From Octopus vulgaris (taxonomy: Eukaryota): 64,000 nt of DNA. Position 1 is the first letter of the stretch. Every line of letters starts with the position of its first letter. Shown here piece after piece: positions 51,150-62,214 of the stretch. The notes below the pieces were generated by a model, which was not told the DNA's origin, did not search any database, and saw only the letters and a list, made by a program, of their open reading frames with translations. The position numbers were made by a program, and so were the translations under genes. Location: the NCBI GenBank assembly GCA_951406725.2, contig OX597815.1, forward strand, positions 209,808,001-209,872,000. Reading direction: 5' to 3'.

Positions 51150-53350
51150 CAGAACCAGAACAACTCACGTAAGTTAATACTATGAATAGAAAGTAATATG
51201 AGAAAGATTTAAGAATAGAAAATTGCGCAGATGAGAAGTTGGTGTATATTACAAAACCTAAAACTGGGTCTAGCTAAATAAATGTGAACGCCAGTTCTTC
51301 CGCTGACGCATAGGAAGCATGTCACAGGAATAAAATATTATGAGAAAATATCAAAAACAACACTTGACTGGTTATCGAAGACTTAATGAAAACGTTTCAG
51401 AACAGGCAAAATAATTTATCCAGGGGTAGCGAAATTTAGGAAGAAAAGTGGTACTCCCTAGGAATATACTCATTTAGGAATATCATGCCTGTAATGTGAA
51501 ATATTCATTATCCACATCGAGAAATACAAAAAAAAAAAACTTTTTAAATGTTGTTCACTCAATACTTAATGAAATCAATAACGAATTGTCAGAATTGAAA
51601 ATTAGGAAGATACAAATACTAAAGAAATATCATCAAATAAAAAATTTACAAGAAATGAAAGAACGCTTGTAGCAATATTTCCTTGTTTTATTTCAAAGAC
51701 TCCGTCGTTTTGAAGAGCGATAACGAATCTTTGAACAAAATACACAGTTCGACTCGAGATTATTTGATCAAAAGCCAGTTAAAAATGAAATGAAAATCAA
51801 ATCAGAAATACTACAAGAGAAGATGGAGAGCACTGAAGAGACAGGAGGACAACGAAGGAATAAAAGCAGGGACGAGTGAGTTCGAAACAAAAACACACAC
51901 TAATAATCATCTTAGGTAGGAAAGCATATGATTTACAATGTAGCGTAGTCCGCTTCACAAAAAGACAAAAACAAAAATGAAGAAACAACCTGGAAGGTAG
52001 AAGGATGTTATAAAATTCTAAAAGCCTGGTTGAAATGTTTAAGAAGCGCCCATAAATCGCTAGCAAAATTATTAACAAAGCTAAAAAAGAACATGTCTTG
52101 CTCAGTGAGGGAGAAAGCATCTTAATTTCCATGACTAAAGAAGCAGTAAATCCTAAAAAACTGCAGATCCATAACATGGCTTCCTATGGTTTACAACGTC
52201 TTAAATGCATTAATATTGTAGTGGTTGAACAAGTAGATGGAAAAAAATATTTTCTGAAGAATTGAAGCGATGCTGAAAGTTTCTTAGAGTTGTAAATAAC
52301 AGGAGCTGATCAAGAAAAACATGAATCGAAGACTGTTGAAGTGGAAGGAAGATTTTGAATATAGCATAGATTGCCAACTCGAAGGCTTTTGCCAGTGGTT
52401 CCTGCAATTGGGTACTGGAAGCCTTAGACATGAACAAGTTAGGACCGATAATAATCATATACTTTAAAGCAATCCGCAGTAAAGAGCAAATATGGTTGTA
52501 GAGACTAAAAAACACAACCAAAAATATTATATTATATTATCTGTATTGGGAAATATATTCTCCGTTTGTTCTTGGTGCATTTTAAGCCGACATGTTAAAC
52601 CAAGGAGTCGTCAGATAAAAATACTGTTCTGTGTATAAGGAACTATCTTTTGTAAATGGATGATCTGAAGATGTAGATTGCGGATATATAGAACAAAATC
52701 CCACACATGCCGAAAATAGAATTACTACCACGAAGACTTTAGGGATTTTAAGTATTTGAAGTTATTCATTCAGAAAAACACATCAAGACAACTTGAAAAT
52801 CGGTAATTTTTAAGAACATTAATGTTCTTAAAATACTATAAAACAGTCCATGATAAAATGTAGGTACGTAAAACTCTGGTAGTAAAAATAGTGAAAAAAC
52901 TAAACAGAGCTGAAGTACCAACGAAGACTCTCAACAATGGCCGAAAAGTAGGTGGCTGAAAGAAGAAACTAAAGCTTTCTTGATTGCACAAATAACCAAA
53001 GGCACTCCACCAAAAGGTAGCAAAAGTATTTGATTAAGCAGACTGTACTAACTACAGAATACGTGGGAAGGAGAAAGAATTGACTTCTATGGCTACTCCG
53101 TCTTAGTTAAGAGAGTATACATACTCAAACATGACTGATTTAGGATTACGCTTATTAGAAATTATGCTAACGCTATGAAACACTGAAATAAAAAGAGATG
53201 GTATACACCAGATAAGGTCTACGAGAATATCAAAACAACCATTCCCTTAAGATATGCCAATACACACAGACTAGAGAAACTAACCGTCCAGGTATTGTTG
53301 TCAAGGGCTACAGGAAAAGAAATGCTTCATTTAAATTCCAACAGATGTGA
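51150..53350 (+). mobile_element. Old R4/Dong-like relic (RT to RLE), continuing after the mariner at ~54260-54430
   Basis: NYLL*MDDLKM at ~52640-52675; DMPIHTD..NRPGIVVK at ~53250-53305; boundaries approximate. Confidence 0.6.
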
Positions 53351-53404
53351 ATACATTTCTAAATGATATTTAAGTATACATTTCGTAAGAAATTTATCAA
53401 AGTA

Positions 53405-54249
53405 CGTGGTGAGATCAATAAGTATCTGGACTGTTACCATAGTAACGAAGCTAAAGCATGCCGAGTTGAGCCACTCGGAACAGATTGACCTGAAACTTTG
53501 CTGTGCATGCCCACTAAGTTTTGACCTACTAGATCACTTCTACTATTTACAGAAGTGCTTGGAAGTAACGTGTGTAACACCGCATTGAGCATGACAGAGA
53601 AAGTTGAGCAGAGAATCTGGATCATATTTTGTCAAACGTTTGGCGATTCCTGCTCAGAGGCCTATGCAATGTTTTCAAAAACTTTTCCTCATCCTCGACA
53701 CAATCAAGGAGATCTTGTGCAACTGAGACTCGAGTGTCATTTTGGTCAGCTGGAATCAGTTTTGGCACAAATTTGGCAGACACGCCTCTTATACCCAAAT
53801 CTTCAGTGATAATGGACTGAACGGAACCGTACCTAATCTGTACATCCTCTGATAACTCACGGATGGTGAATCGACGATTTCCCCTCACAGCTGTACGCAC
53901 ATCTCCGATATTATTTCCAGTTCTGCTGGCTGCAGGTCTCCCAGGACGTTCGTCACTATCGACATTGTTTTCGGCCACTCTTGTGCGCGAGTCATACACT
54001 TTCTGCAACTTTGTGTAGGCCTCTGCTTCGGTGTCATCAGGACATTTTCTGTCACGGTCAATGTGACGATTACACGCTACACACCTTTCTTCCAAGCACT
54101 ACTGTAAACAGTGTAAGTGAGTTAGAACGCTAAACATTAGTGTGCATGCACAACATAGGTCGAAGTCAATCTGTGCCGTGCGGCTTTACTCTGCGTGCTT
54201 TAACTTCGTTATTATGGCAACGGTCGAGATACTTATCGATCAGACTTCG
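53405..54249. mobile_element. mariner-derived element with two inverted 5' ends; transposase N-terminal fragments on both strands
   Basis: TA on both sides; the ends are imperfect inverted copies over >150 bp; + strand MTEKVEQRIWIIFC..GDSCSEAY; minus strand EAYTKLQKVY..DERPGRP..NRRFTIRELSE..SVQSIITEDLG...VSAKFVPKL; no DD34D domain. Confidence 0.9.
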
Positions 54250-54631
54250 TATAATGTTTTGACAACAGAGATAATCCAGATAGGGGTCTGAAAACAAAAA
54301 GAGTTTTGGGAAAGTTAAAAGAGCATGGAGTAAATAACAGCAAAATCCCTGTAACTTACAAATGTGAGTTCCAAGCAAAAGATAGAAATTTGTTATACTG
54401 GAAGAAACTTAACAGTTGGCAGAAAAGCGTAAGATTTTTTGAGTCCTCACTGAGTGCAGTGCAGTGCCGGAATATATTTTAATGCTCATTAAGACCATGC
54501 ACGTTGGCGGGATTTAAACGCATAAATAAATGTCTTAGGTAACTGACAAGCTGACTGTCGCTGTAGGGAACACTTTTTGAAACATTTGTTTTAAATTAAT
54601 TTGGCAAGTGAAATAATCAAATGTACTATAT

Positions 54632-55231
54632 TCTTCTTTACTACCCACAAGGGGCTAAACACAGAGAGGACAAACAATGACAGACAAACGGATTAAGTCG
54701 TGTACATCGACCCCAGTGCGTAACTGGTACTTATTTAATCGACCCCCGAAAGGATGAAAGGGAAAGTCGACCTCGGCGGAATTTGAACTCAGAACGTAAC
54801 GGCAGGCGAAATACCTATTTCATTACTATCCACAAGGAGCTAAACACAGAGAGGACAAATAAGGACAAACAAACGGATTAAGTCGATTACATCGACCCCA
54901 GTGCGTGACTGGTACTTATCTAATCGACCTCGAAAGGATGAAAGGTAAAGTCGACCTCGGCGGAATTTGAATTCAGAACGTAACGGCAGGCGAAATACCT
55001 ATTTCATTACTACCCACAAGGAGCTAAACACAGAGGGGACAAACAAGGACAGACAAACGGATTAAGTCGAATATATCGACCCCAGTGCGTAACTGGTACT
55101 TAATTTATCGACCCCGAAAGGACGAAAGGCAAAGTCGATCTCGGCGGAATTTGAACTCAGAACGTAGCGGCAGACGAAACACTGCTAAGCATTTCGCCCG
55201 GCGTGCTAACTTTTCTGCCAGCGCGCCGCCT
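54632..55231 (-). mobile_element. SINE family B trimer
   Basis: One head plus three ~184-bp units; perfect 18-bp TSD TAATCAAATGTACTATAT at 54614-54631 and 55232-55249. Confidence 0.95.
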
Positions 55232-55943
55232 TAATCAAATGTACTATATATTTGATTGGCTCAGCAGTTAAGATTTTTAAAAAATAATTATAATGTTGTT
55301 ACTACTGTCATTGGACTTGCTACTTTTGACTTTATACACTTAAAATTTTAATTAATAGATCTTCTAGTCAAATTGTATTTATCTATGGAACTGAAGGGTA
55401 TAAATTTAAATTAGAAATCATTTGAAGCAGAATGAAATTGCTTAATTTAAAGTTCAATCTCCCATTTTATCTCCTCTTTATACGGCTTCTCAATGTTTAT
55501 GGCTACCTGAGTTAAGAAACAGAGATGGAACAGGTAGAAGGAAAATGATGTTTAAAGTGATAAAAGAGTTGTTAGACAAGAATAAATGCAAAAACCAGGC
55601 AAAGATGCTTTTGGTTTCACAGACAGAAACAGAGCAAGAATGAGAGGGGAAAAGAAAAGGGTATAGAGTATCTATGGGATGGAGTAAGAGTGCTTATCTG
55701 GTTAAGTGAGAAGCGATGGGATTAACTGAAAGTAAAGAAGAAGATAAATAAAAAAAAATATGGGAAGAGACAGTGCATGAACCGAGTGAATAGGGACCAC
55801 AGAGAAACAGTAGATCAGGAGAGTATTTGGATGATAATGCAGCATATAATGAATGGAGTAAACAGAAACAGGAGAGAGGGCGCACATAAACTATGTATGA
55901 AAATTGATCTGCTCATTTGAAAGAAACAAAACAAGAATGAAGA

Positions 55944-55998
<55 letters not shown>

Positions 55999-56471
55999 AA
56001 TAGATGAAATTGATAACGATTAATTTCAAGAACAAAAGAAATAATTGTCTAACTCCAAATTTACTCCTTTTCTAATCGGCACAGGCCACAGCTAGCCATT
56101 CAAACATTATCTATCTCTCGTTTAAACCTTCGCCAGAAAGAGGAAAGAAGAAAGGTCAGGAGAAAAGTAAAAAATAGTTCAGGAAAAGCATTTCTATGAT
56201 AAGGTCGCTGAAGGCACCAGGAATGTATATATATTCATACATATTATGTAGATAGCGTTTAAGACCAAGTTTTGTCCTATTCAAGCATATCTGCTTATTT
56301 CAGCGTGTAGATGTTATATTTGTGAGAGATATGCATAAGAGTTGAAAATCCTGGAAAATATTTTCTGCAGAGTAATAATATCAAAACAGGAGATTAGAAA
56401 TTTTTTTTTGTATCATTTATTTACCATATACTACTCAAGAATACTAAAAACTTTTTCAATCTCCTGTTTTG

Positions 56472-56519
<48 letters not shown>

Positions 56520-57320
56520 ATATATATATTATTATATATATATATTATTATTATTATTTTATGTTATATATATATATATATATATACATACATACATGTC
56601 TACATATATTTATACATATATATGTATAGTTACCTGTCTATCTATAATTACATAGCTAGGTGCAGACGTACCCGCACACACACACACACACACACACGCA
56701 CATATATAAATCTATATATATAAAACTCAACTTGTGTGTCTGTGTGTGTATCTGTGTGTGTGTCTGTGTGTTTAATTTCCCGGCACATCTCCTCCTAGCC
56801 AACAAATCGTAGAACCACCAAAAATGGATCACTTAAAGTTTAGGCGAATCAAAATTGAACTGCGCTATTTCTGTTCCGAAATTCATCCCGCAAGTGCAAA
56901 AATCGATAATGTGTTTGTTTAGGCCTTATCCCATGCATTGAATAGTGAACCTTACTCAGTCAGCTGTTTGACGGGAACTGAGTTCACAACGCATGCAAGC
57001 TTGCGTAAAGTGCATGAAAAATAAAAAATCAAGATGTAAAAATGAATCGCCGTAAACGTTGTAGAAATTCGCCAAAGAATTTTTGAATGCGTCGGTTGTG
57101 TTGAAAGTAAGCTAAAATATTGTTAATAATTGTGTTTGATTTACCTTGTTGAAAATTTGTTTGTTAAAACGTTGTTTTGAAAATTTGACTGGTTTGTGAA
57201 CCAGAGAACTTTGTTATTCCCCTCCTTTAAGGAGGGGAAGTATTGTGAAATATATATTTTGTGTGTTAACACAATTTAACAAAAAAAAAAAAAAAAATAC
57301 ATATATCCATTTTTGTGAAA

Positions 57321-58811
57321 ATGGATAACAAAAAAGTAATTACCAATGAAGGTTCACCTTCAAAGGCAAAGAATGTAGGTTCACCTACAAAAGGAAAAAT
57401 TGTAGGTTCACCTACAAAAGAAAACAAAGCAGGAGAACCTGAAACAATTTCACCGACAATTGAAACAGAAAAAAAAACGTTCAACTTTGCCGCCGCAGCA
57501 GGCAGGAAGACAGAGGACATCGACCCAGAAGAAATAGACTTCGAAGAATACAAGGAAATGTATAAGAGGGAGGGAAACAGCATAAAGGCTACCCTCCCCA
57601 AAGAAATCAAAACAAACACGATGAAGAAAATAGTGACTTTTAAATCGTTCTTAATCAAGGAGAAAAAAATAGGAAAAATTACAAAAGAGCAGGCAGAAAA
57701 ATGCCTAAAACCAATATGGGCTGACATGGAACACGTTACATGGGGAAGGAAGTATGCCACAATTGTGGTATACTTCAAAGATGAAGAAAAAGCGAAGATT
57801 CATTCAATCAACCCCATTAGAACGAATGAAATCATTCTTCTACCCTCCTATATGGGGAGGCGTACATCAAGGATCAAAATAGAAGAGATCCCAATGGAAA
57901 TTGAAGTAAAGAGCCTCATCCCAGCCCTATTCATGGGGATGGAAGGAAAAATAAAAATTATCAACATAACCAAGATTAAGATGGAGAATTGGAAGGGACA
58001 GGCGCTGCAGGTAATAGTGCAGGCTGCGCCAGAGACGTTAGAGGAGGTCCCCGAAAGTATCGACTTCGATGACGACATAAACTTGCGGGTGGTGGTGGAG
58101 GGGCGTAAGCCCAGATGCTACGGGTGTGGCGAAAAGGGCCACATCCGAGCAGAATGCCCCGCCCGCAAGAAGGAGGAAGAAGAGAAGAGGAAAACAGAAG
58201 AAGAGGAGAGGAGGAAAAATATCATAACAGAAGAAGAGAAAACAGAAGAAGACGATTTCGTAACGCCAAGGAAAGTAAAAAAAAGAAAAAACACAGACAT
58301 GAACACACCAAACCCTGGCATAAAAAAGACCAACACCCAGGGAGGGAAACCCACCCCTCCCAAACTTGGTTCCCCACAAAAAGGGAAAAAAGATAAGACC
58401 CCCCCAGACCAACCCGAACCAATCCCACCCCATAGTACCCAGCATTACCCTCCCCTCCAAACGACTTCCCCGTGCTCCTCCCCGTCATACTCCCCGGCCT
58501 CCCCCTCCACATCCTCCCCATCACCCCCACAAAGCCCACAAAAAAGAATAACAGAATTTCAAATAGTATATGCTGCAATAAATAAGGACAACGACAGACT
58601 TAGAAGCGCAATGGGAAACATACCAAGCGCGGGAAAAATAAAAACCCATAGAAATCTACATAAAAATGTAGAAATTTACAAATTGGACCTTTTGAACTAC
58701 AACATAATAAACGCACAGTTTGCAGGGGACATAAGGGGTCCGCGACTCGAAGTGGACGAGTCACTGATTAAAGCGGACTTCAACCCCCGACCAACAGGGA
58801 CACCATCGTAA
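57321..58811 (+). CDS. LINE ORF1p, nucleic-acid-binding protein with a CCHC zinc knuckle
   Basis: First ATG at 57321 within ORF 57315..58811; FAAAA motif, CYGCGEKGHIRAEC knuckle, E/K-rich and P/S-rich regions; lies directly upstream of ORF2. Confidence 0.9.
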   Translation: MDNKKVITNEGSPSKAKNVGSPTKGKIVGSPTKENKAGEPETISPTIETEKKTFNFAAAAGRKTEDIDPEEIDFEEYKEMYKREGNSIKATLPKEIKTNTMKKIVTFKSFLIKEKKIGKITKEQAEKCLKPIWADMEHVTWGRKYATIVVYFKDEEKAKIHSINPIRTNEIILLPSYMGRRTSRIKIEEIPMEIEVKSLIPALFMGMEGKIKIINITKIKMENWKGQALQVIVQAAPETLEEVPESIDFDDDINLRVVVEGRKPRCYGCGEKGHIRAECPARKKEEEEKRKTEEEERRKNIITEEEKTEEDDFVTPRKVKKRKNTDMNTPNPGIKKTNTQGGKPTPPKLGSPQKGKKDKTPPDQPEPIPPHSTQHYPPLQTTSPCSSPSYSPASPSTSSPSPPQSPQKRITEFQIVYAAINKDNDRLRSAMGNIPSAGKIKTHRNLHKNVEIYKLDLLNYNIINAQFAGDIRGPRLEVDESLIKADFNPRPTGTPS

Positions 58812-58821
58812 GGTAAGTAAA

Positions 58822-61800
58822 ATGTCTCGTATTTGTGTAGGATGTGTAAATGTGCGTGGCTTGATGGCGAGCTGGAAGCAAGGGCGCTTCCTAAATGACA
58901 TCAGGTCACGGGATTTAGATGTTGTTGTTGCCACAGAAACCCGGTTAAAAGGGCCAAGATATCTGCTCCCGCTGTTCGACGGTTACGAGAGAATTATCTC
59001 TCCGAACCCGTCGGTCGGCGGAAGTGGGGTGTTGGTCCTGGTGAAAAAGAACCGGGTTTCTGGGAAAAAGTTGATTTTTGCAGATCCAGAAGGTAGGCTG
59101 GTCGTCGTTGATTTGACGTTCAGCAGTCGTAAGACAATCAGACTGGTTGCGGTTTACGCCCCCAATAATAAGGGGAATAGTGAGTATTTTCGGAATCTGG
59201 AGAAGTTTCTCAGTACATCGTGCCCTTTAGTAATGTTAGGAGACTACAACACAATCTGCAATGTGCGGGTAGACTGTGTAGGCTCGCAAACAGACAGGAA
59301 AGGAAATGCTTGCTTCCTGGATCTACTAAGACGTTTTGAGCTGGTAGATCCATATAGACTGGAACATCCGGACGCTCCATTGTGGACATGGACAAACAGC
59401 GACGGATCGTCAAGGTCATACATAGACAGGATTTTAATTAGGAAGGTAGATAGAAACCTAGTTAAGAGTCCACAGCTCCACATAGTCAGCTACAGTGACC
59501 ACAAGATGGTCACCTGTAAGCTAGACGTAGATAAGATAAATAGAGGTCCTGGTTACTGGAAACTTAATACGTCCCTTTTGGCGATTAAGGAGTACAGTGA
59601 CAGGATTAGGTTAATGATCCAGAGGGCCATGACCGGCTCCATTATCAATAACAAATGGTGGTATGCCCTCAAGCGAGCCATAAGATATGAGTCTATTAGA
59701 TATAGTATAGATCTCGTAGCTAGAGAGGCTAGAAAAGAAACTACTCTAGTTAAGGACCTAGAGGAAGCAATGCGAACTGGCAACGCGGCTCAGGTGAAGG
59801 CCAAGAGACTGGTTTTAAACCAGCACCTCGAAGCCAAACACATGGGTTGCATTGTCAGAGCTAGACAACGTACAATGGGGAGCGAAGGAATTAATGCCGC
59901 GAGATGGGCCCGAGTGGTGGAAGCCCAACGTGGCAACGATGCCACAATTCGATCTCTGACGAACCAACAAGGTAAGTTGACAGACGAGCCCGAGGAGATG
60001 TGTCAAGCTTTTCAGGACCACTTCGCCCAGCTCTTTGGGGGTGGCGGCGGGCCGGATGAGAGGAGGGACCTTACGGACCTCCTTGACGGACTGCCGCGGC
60101 TCTCGGGGCAGGACGCGGAGTGTAGTGAGAAGCCGATCACGCCTGAGGAGGTAATAGAGGCCATGGCAGACTGCGGTGCGGGTAGGGCGCCGGGGCTGGA
60201 TGGTCTGCCCTACGAGCTTTATAAAAGTATGCCGGACTTGTTCGGGGACTTACTGGCGAACGTCTACGCGAACTGGCAGCAGAATGGGTTCATACCCAGA
60301 TCTGTGCGCCGGGGAGTGGTGACACTAGTCAGGAAGGACCAGAGCAAGGGGGACGTCATTGATAATTTCAGGCCCATCACTCTGCTTAACGCAGAGTTGA
60401 AGATTTTGGCCAAAGTGTTATCGAACAGATTGGCGCATGTCGCGAATGGACTGATCGGGAAAGCGCAAACGTGCGCCGTACCGGGCAGAACCATTCAGGA
60501 TAATCTCCATCTAATTAGATACACGATAGAGGGAATGGATAACGATCCCGGCAAGGGAGGGGCAGTGGTCCATTTAGACCAGTCAAAAGCTTTCGATAGG
60601 GTCGACCATCGTTACCTGGTGTCCGTCCTGGCTCAGTTCGGCCTGGGTCTTGGCTTCCTCAGGTGGATCATACAATTGTATGACAACGTCGACTCGGTAG
60701 TTCGGGTGAACGGCTTTATTTCTAAGCCGTTCAAGGTCAAACGCTCGGTCCGTCAGGGATGTCCGCTCTCCCCGCTTTTGTATGTAGTGGCTCTCGAGCC
60801 GCTGCTGCGAAAACTGAGTGGCATCCCGAGGCAGCCAGGTCGTGGAATGTCGGTTTCGGCGTACGCGGATGACATCACTATCATCGTGACCGAAATGGAC
60901 CTCCTACGTAAAGTAGGCAAGGCCATAGAGGTTTACGAGACGGTGACAGGAGCAAAGGTTAATCGTGAAAAGTCAGTCGGCTTGCAACTCGGCACCTGGA
61001 GAGGCAAGTCGATGCCTCCAGACAGCGTCGTGGGACGTTGGACGGAGGGCCCGATTAAGTTGCTCGGGGTCTGGTTTGGACCAGGCCTCCAAATAGAGAA
61101 GAACTGGAGCGAGGTATCGAGCAGGGTGACCGCAGTAGTCAAGACCTGGTCTTGGCGGTGGTTATCCCTGAAAGGTAGGGCGGAGGTAGCCAATGTGTTT
61201 ATCGCATCGGTGATCACCTACCGCCTTGCCGTCGTGCCTTGCCCGGATTCGTGGTTGAACAAGTTGGAGAGACAGCTCTTTCACTTTTTGTGGAAGGGCT
61301 CGAAACCACTTGTGAAACGCTCTATTTGTTGTCAAAAACCGTTACAGGGTGGACTAGGGATGCCGTGGCTAATGATGCGCAGAAATGCGCTGAGGCTAAG
61401 GCACCTGTGGCTCCATCTGGATGGTGAACGGGTGTGGTCTCCGCTGGCGAAGCAGATGTTTCCCAGGTTCACCAGTTTCGGTGGACGGGAAGACTGGTAT
61501 AATCGTAGATCGAAGTTGGGTACATGGTACACGGAGTGCCGCAAGGCACTCCGACTATTCCGTCGCTCGGGCAATGCCTGCGGCAGTGGTTCTACCGCTG
61601 TGTTTTATAGAGGTTTTGTAGAGGCCGGTAACGATGATACGCTAGGGGAAACCCTAGGTTTCGACGATAATCAGCTGGCCAGTCTGTTCCAACGTACATT
61701 CGGGCCGAAGGCACTGGATAATTTCCAGAAGTCTTTGGCTTGGCAGTGTTACCGAGGAGCCTTACCTGTTCGAGATAAACTCGCAAGGCATGGTGCCCCA

Positions 61801-62214
61801 GTCAGCCCGACCTGCGCGAGATGTGGGCGAGACAGGGAAACCGTCTCGCACGCGATCGTGCAGTGCCCGGAGGTGACAGACATGTGGGTTTATGCCGAAC
61901 AACTGATGTCAAGTGGAGGAAGAGTACAGCTATCAGCCGAATCCATTGTGAAAATCAGCCCACCTGATTTCTTAACGAAAGAAGGTAAGAATTGTTTTCT
62001 CTCTGTGGTTTCAATTGCGAAACAGGCAGTATGGAAGACGCGGGTGAAAGGGATGCTAACAGGCGACTTCATCTCCGGTTCTAGTCTGGTGGAATACTTC
62101 AAATTCCACCTGAAAAGACAAATAGAACTGGAGAGGAGGAGCCTGAGTAAGAAAGTGTTCGATGAAAGGTGGAAGAATGTGGCGAATAAAAGGTCCCTCA
62201 CAAATGCGAGATAG
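58822..62214 (+). CDS. LINE ORF2p: APE endonuclease + reverse transcriptase + C-terminal zinc motif (1130 aa)
   Basis: APE motifs NVRGL, TETR, VYAP, GDYN, IDRIL and SDH; RT motifs PGLDG, FRPITLLN, LDQSKAFDRV, VRQGCPLSP and YADD; CARC..ETVSHAIVQC. Confidence 0.97.
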   Translation: MSRICVGCVNVRGLMASWKQGRFLNDIRSRDLDVVVATETRLKGPRYLLPLFDGYERIISPNPSVGGSGVLVLVKKNRVSGKKLIFADPEGRLVVVDLTFSSRKTIRLVAVYAPNNKGNSEYFRNLEKFLSTSCPLVMLGDYNTICNVRVDCVGSQTDRKGNACFLDLLRRFELVDPYRLEHPDAPLWTWTNSDGSSRSYIDRILIRKVDRNLVKSPQLHIVSYSDHKMVTCKLDVDKINRGPGYWKLNTSLLAIKEYSDRIRLMIQRAMTGSIINNKWWYALKRAIRYESIRYSIDLVAREARKETTLVKDLEEAMRTGNAAQVKAKRLVLNQHLEAKHMGCIVRARQRTMGSEGINAARWARVVEAQRGNDATIRSLTNQQGKLTDEPEEMCQAFQDHFAQLFGGGGGPDERRDLTDLLDGLPRLSGQDAECSEKPITPEEVIEAMADCGAGRAPGLDGLPYELYKSMPDLFGDLLANVYANWQQNGFIPRSVRRGVVTLVRKDQSKGDVIDNFRPITLLNAELKILAKVLSNRLAHVANGLIGKAQTCAVPGRTIQDNLHLIRYTIEGMDNDPGKGGAVVHLDQSKAFDRVDHRYLVSVLAQFGLGLGFLRWIIQLYDNVDSVVRVNGFISKPFKVKRSVRQGCPLSPLLYVVALEPLLRKLSGIPRQPGRGMSVSAYADDITIIVTEMDLLRKVGKAIEVYETVTGAKVNREKSVGLQLGTWRGKSMPPDSVVGRWTEGPIKLLGVWFGPGLQIEKNWSEVSSRVTAVVKTWSWRWLSLKGRAEVANVFIASVITYRLAVVPCPDSWLNKLERQLFHFLWKGSKPLVKRSICCQKPLQGGLGMPWLMMRRNALRLRHLWLHLDGERVWSPLAKQMFPRFTSFGGREDWYNRRSKLGTWYTECRKALRLFRRSGNACGSGSTAVFYRGFVEAGNDDTLGETLGFDDNQLASLFQRTFGPKALDNFQKSLAWQCYRGALPVRDKLARHGAPVSPTCARCGRDRETVSHAIVQCPEVTDMWVYAEQLMSSGGRVQLSAESIVKISPPDFLTKEGKNCFLSVVSIAKQAVWKTRVKGMLTGDFISGSSLVEYFKFHLKRQIELERRSLSKKVFDERWKNVANKRSLTNAR

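Noticed and set aside
58822-62214. RT considered as a retron, group II intron, DGR or telomerase
   Set aside because: The APE-RT-zinc architecture with upstream ORF1 and a TSD is diagnostic of an L1/Tx1 LINE.
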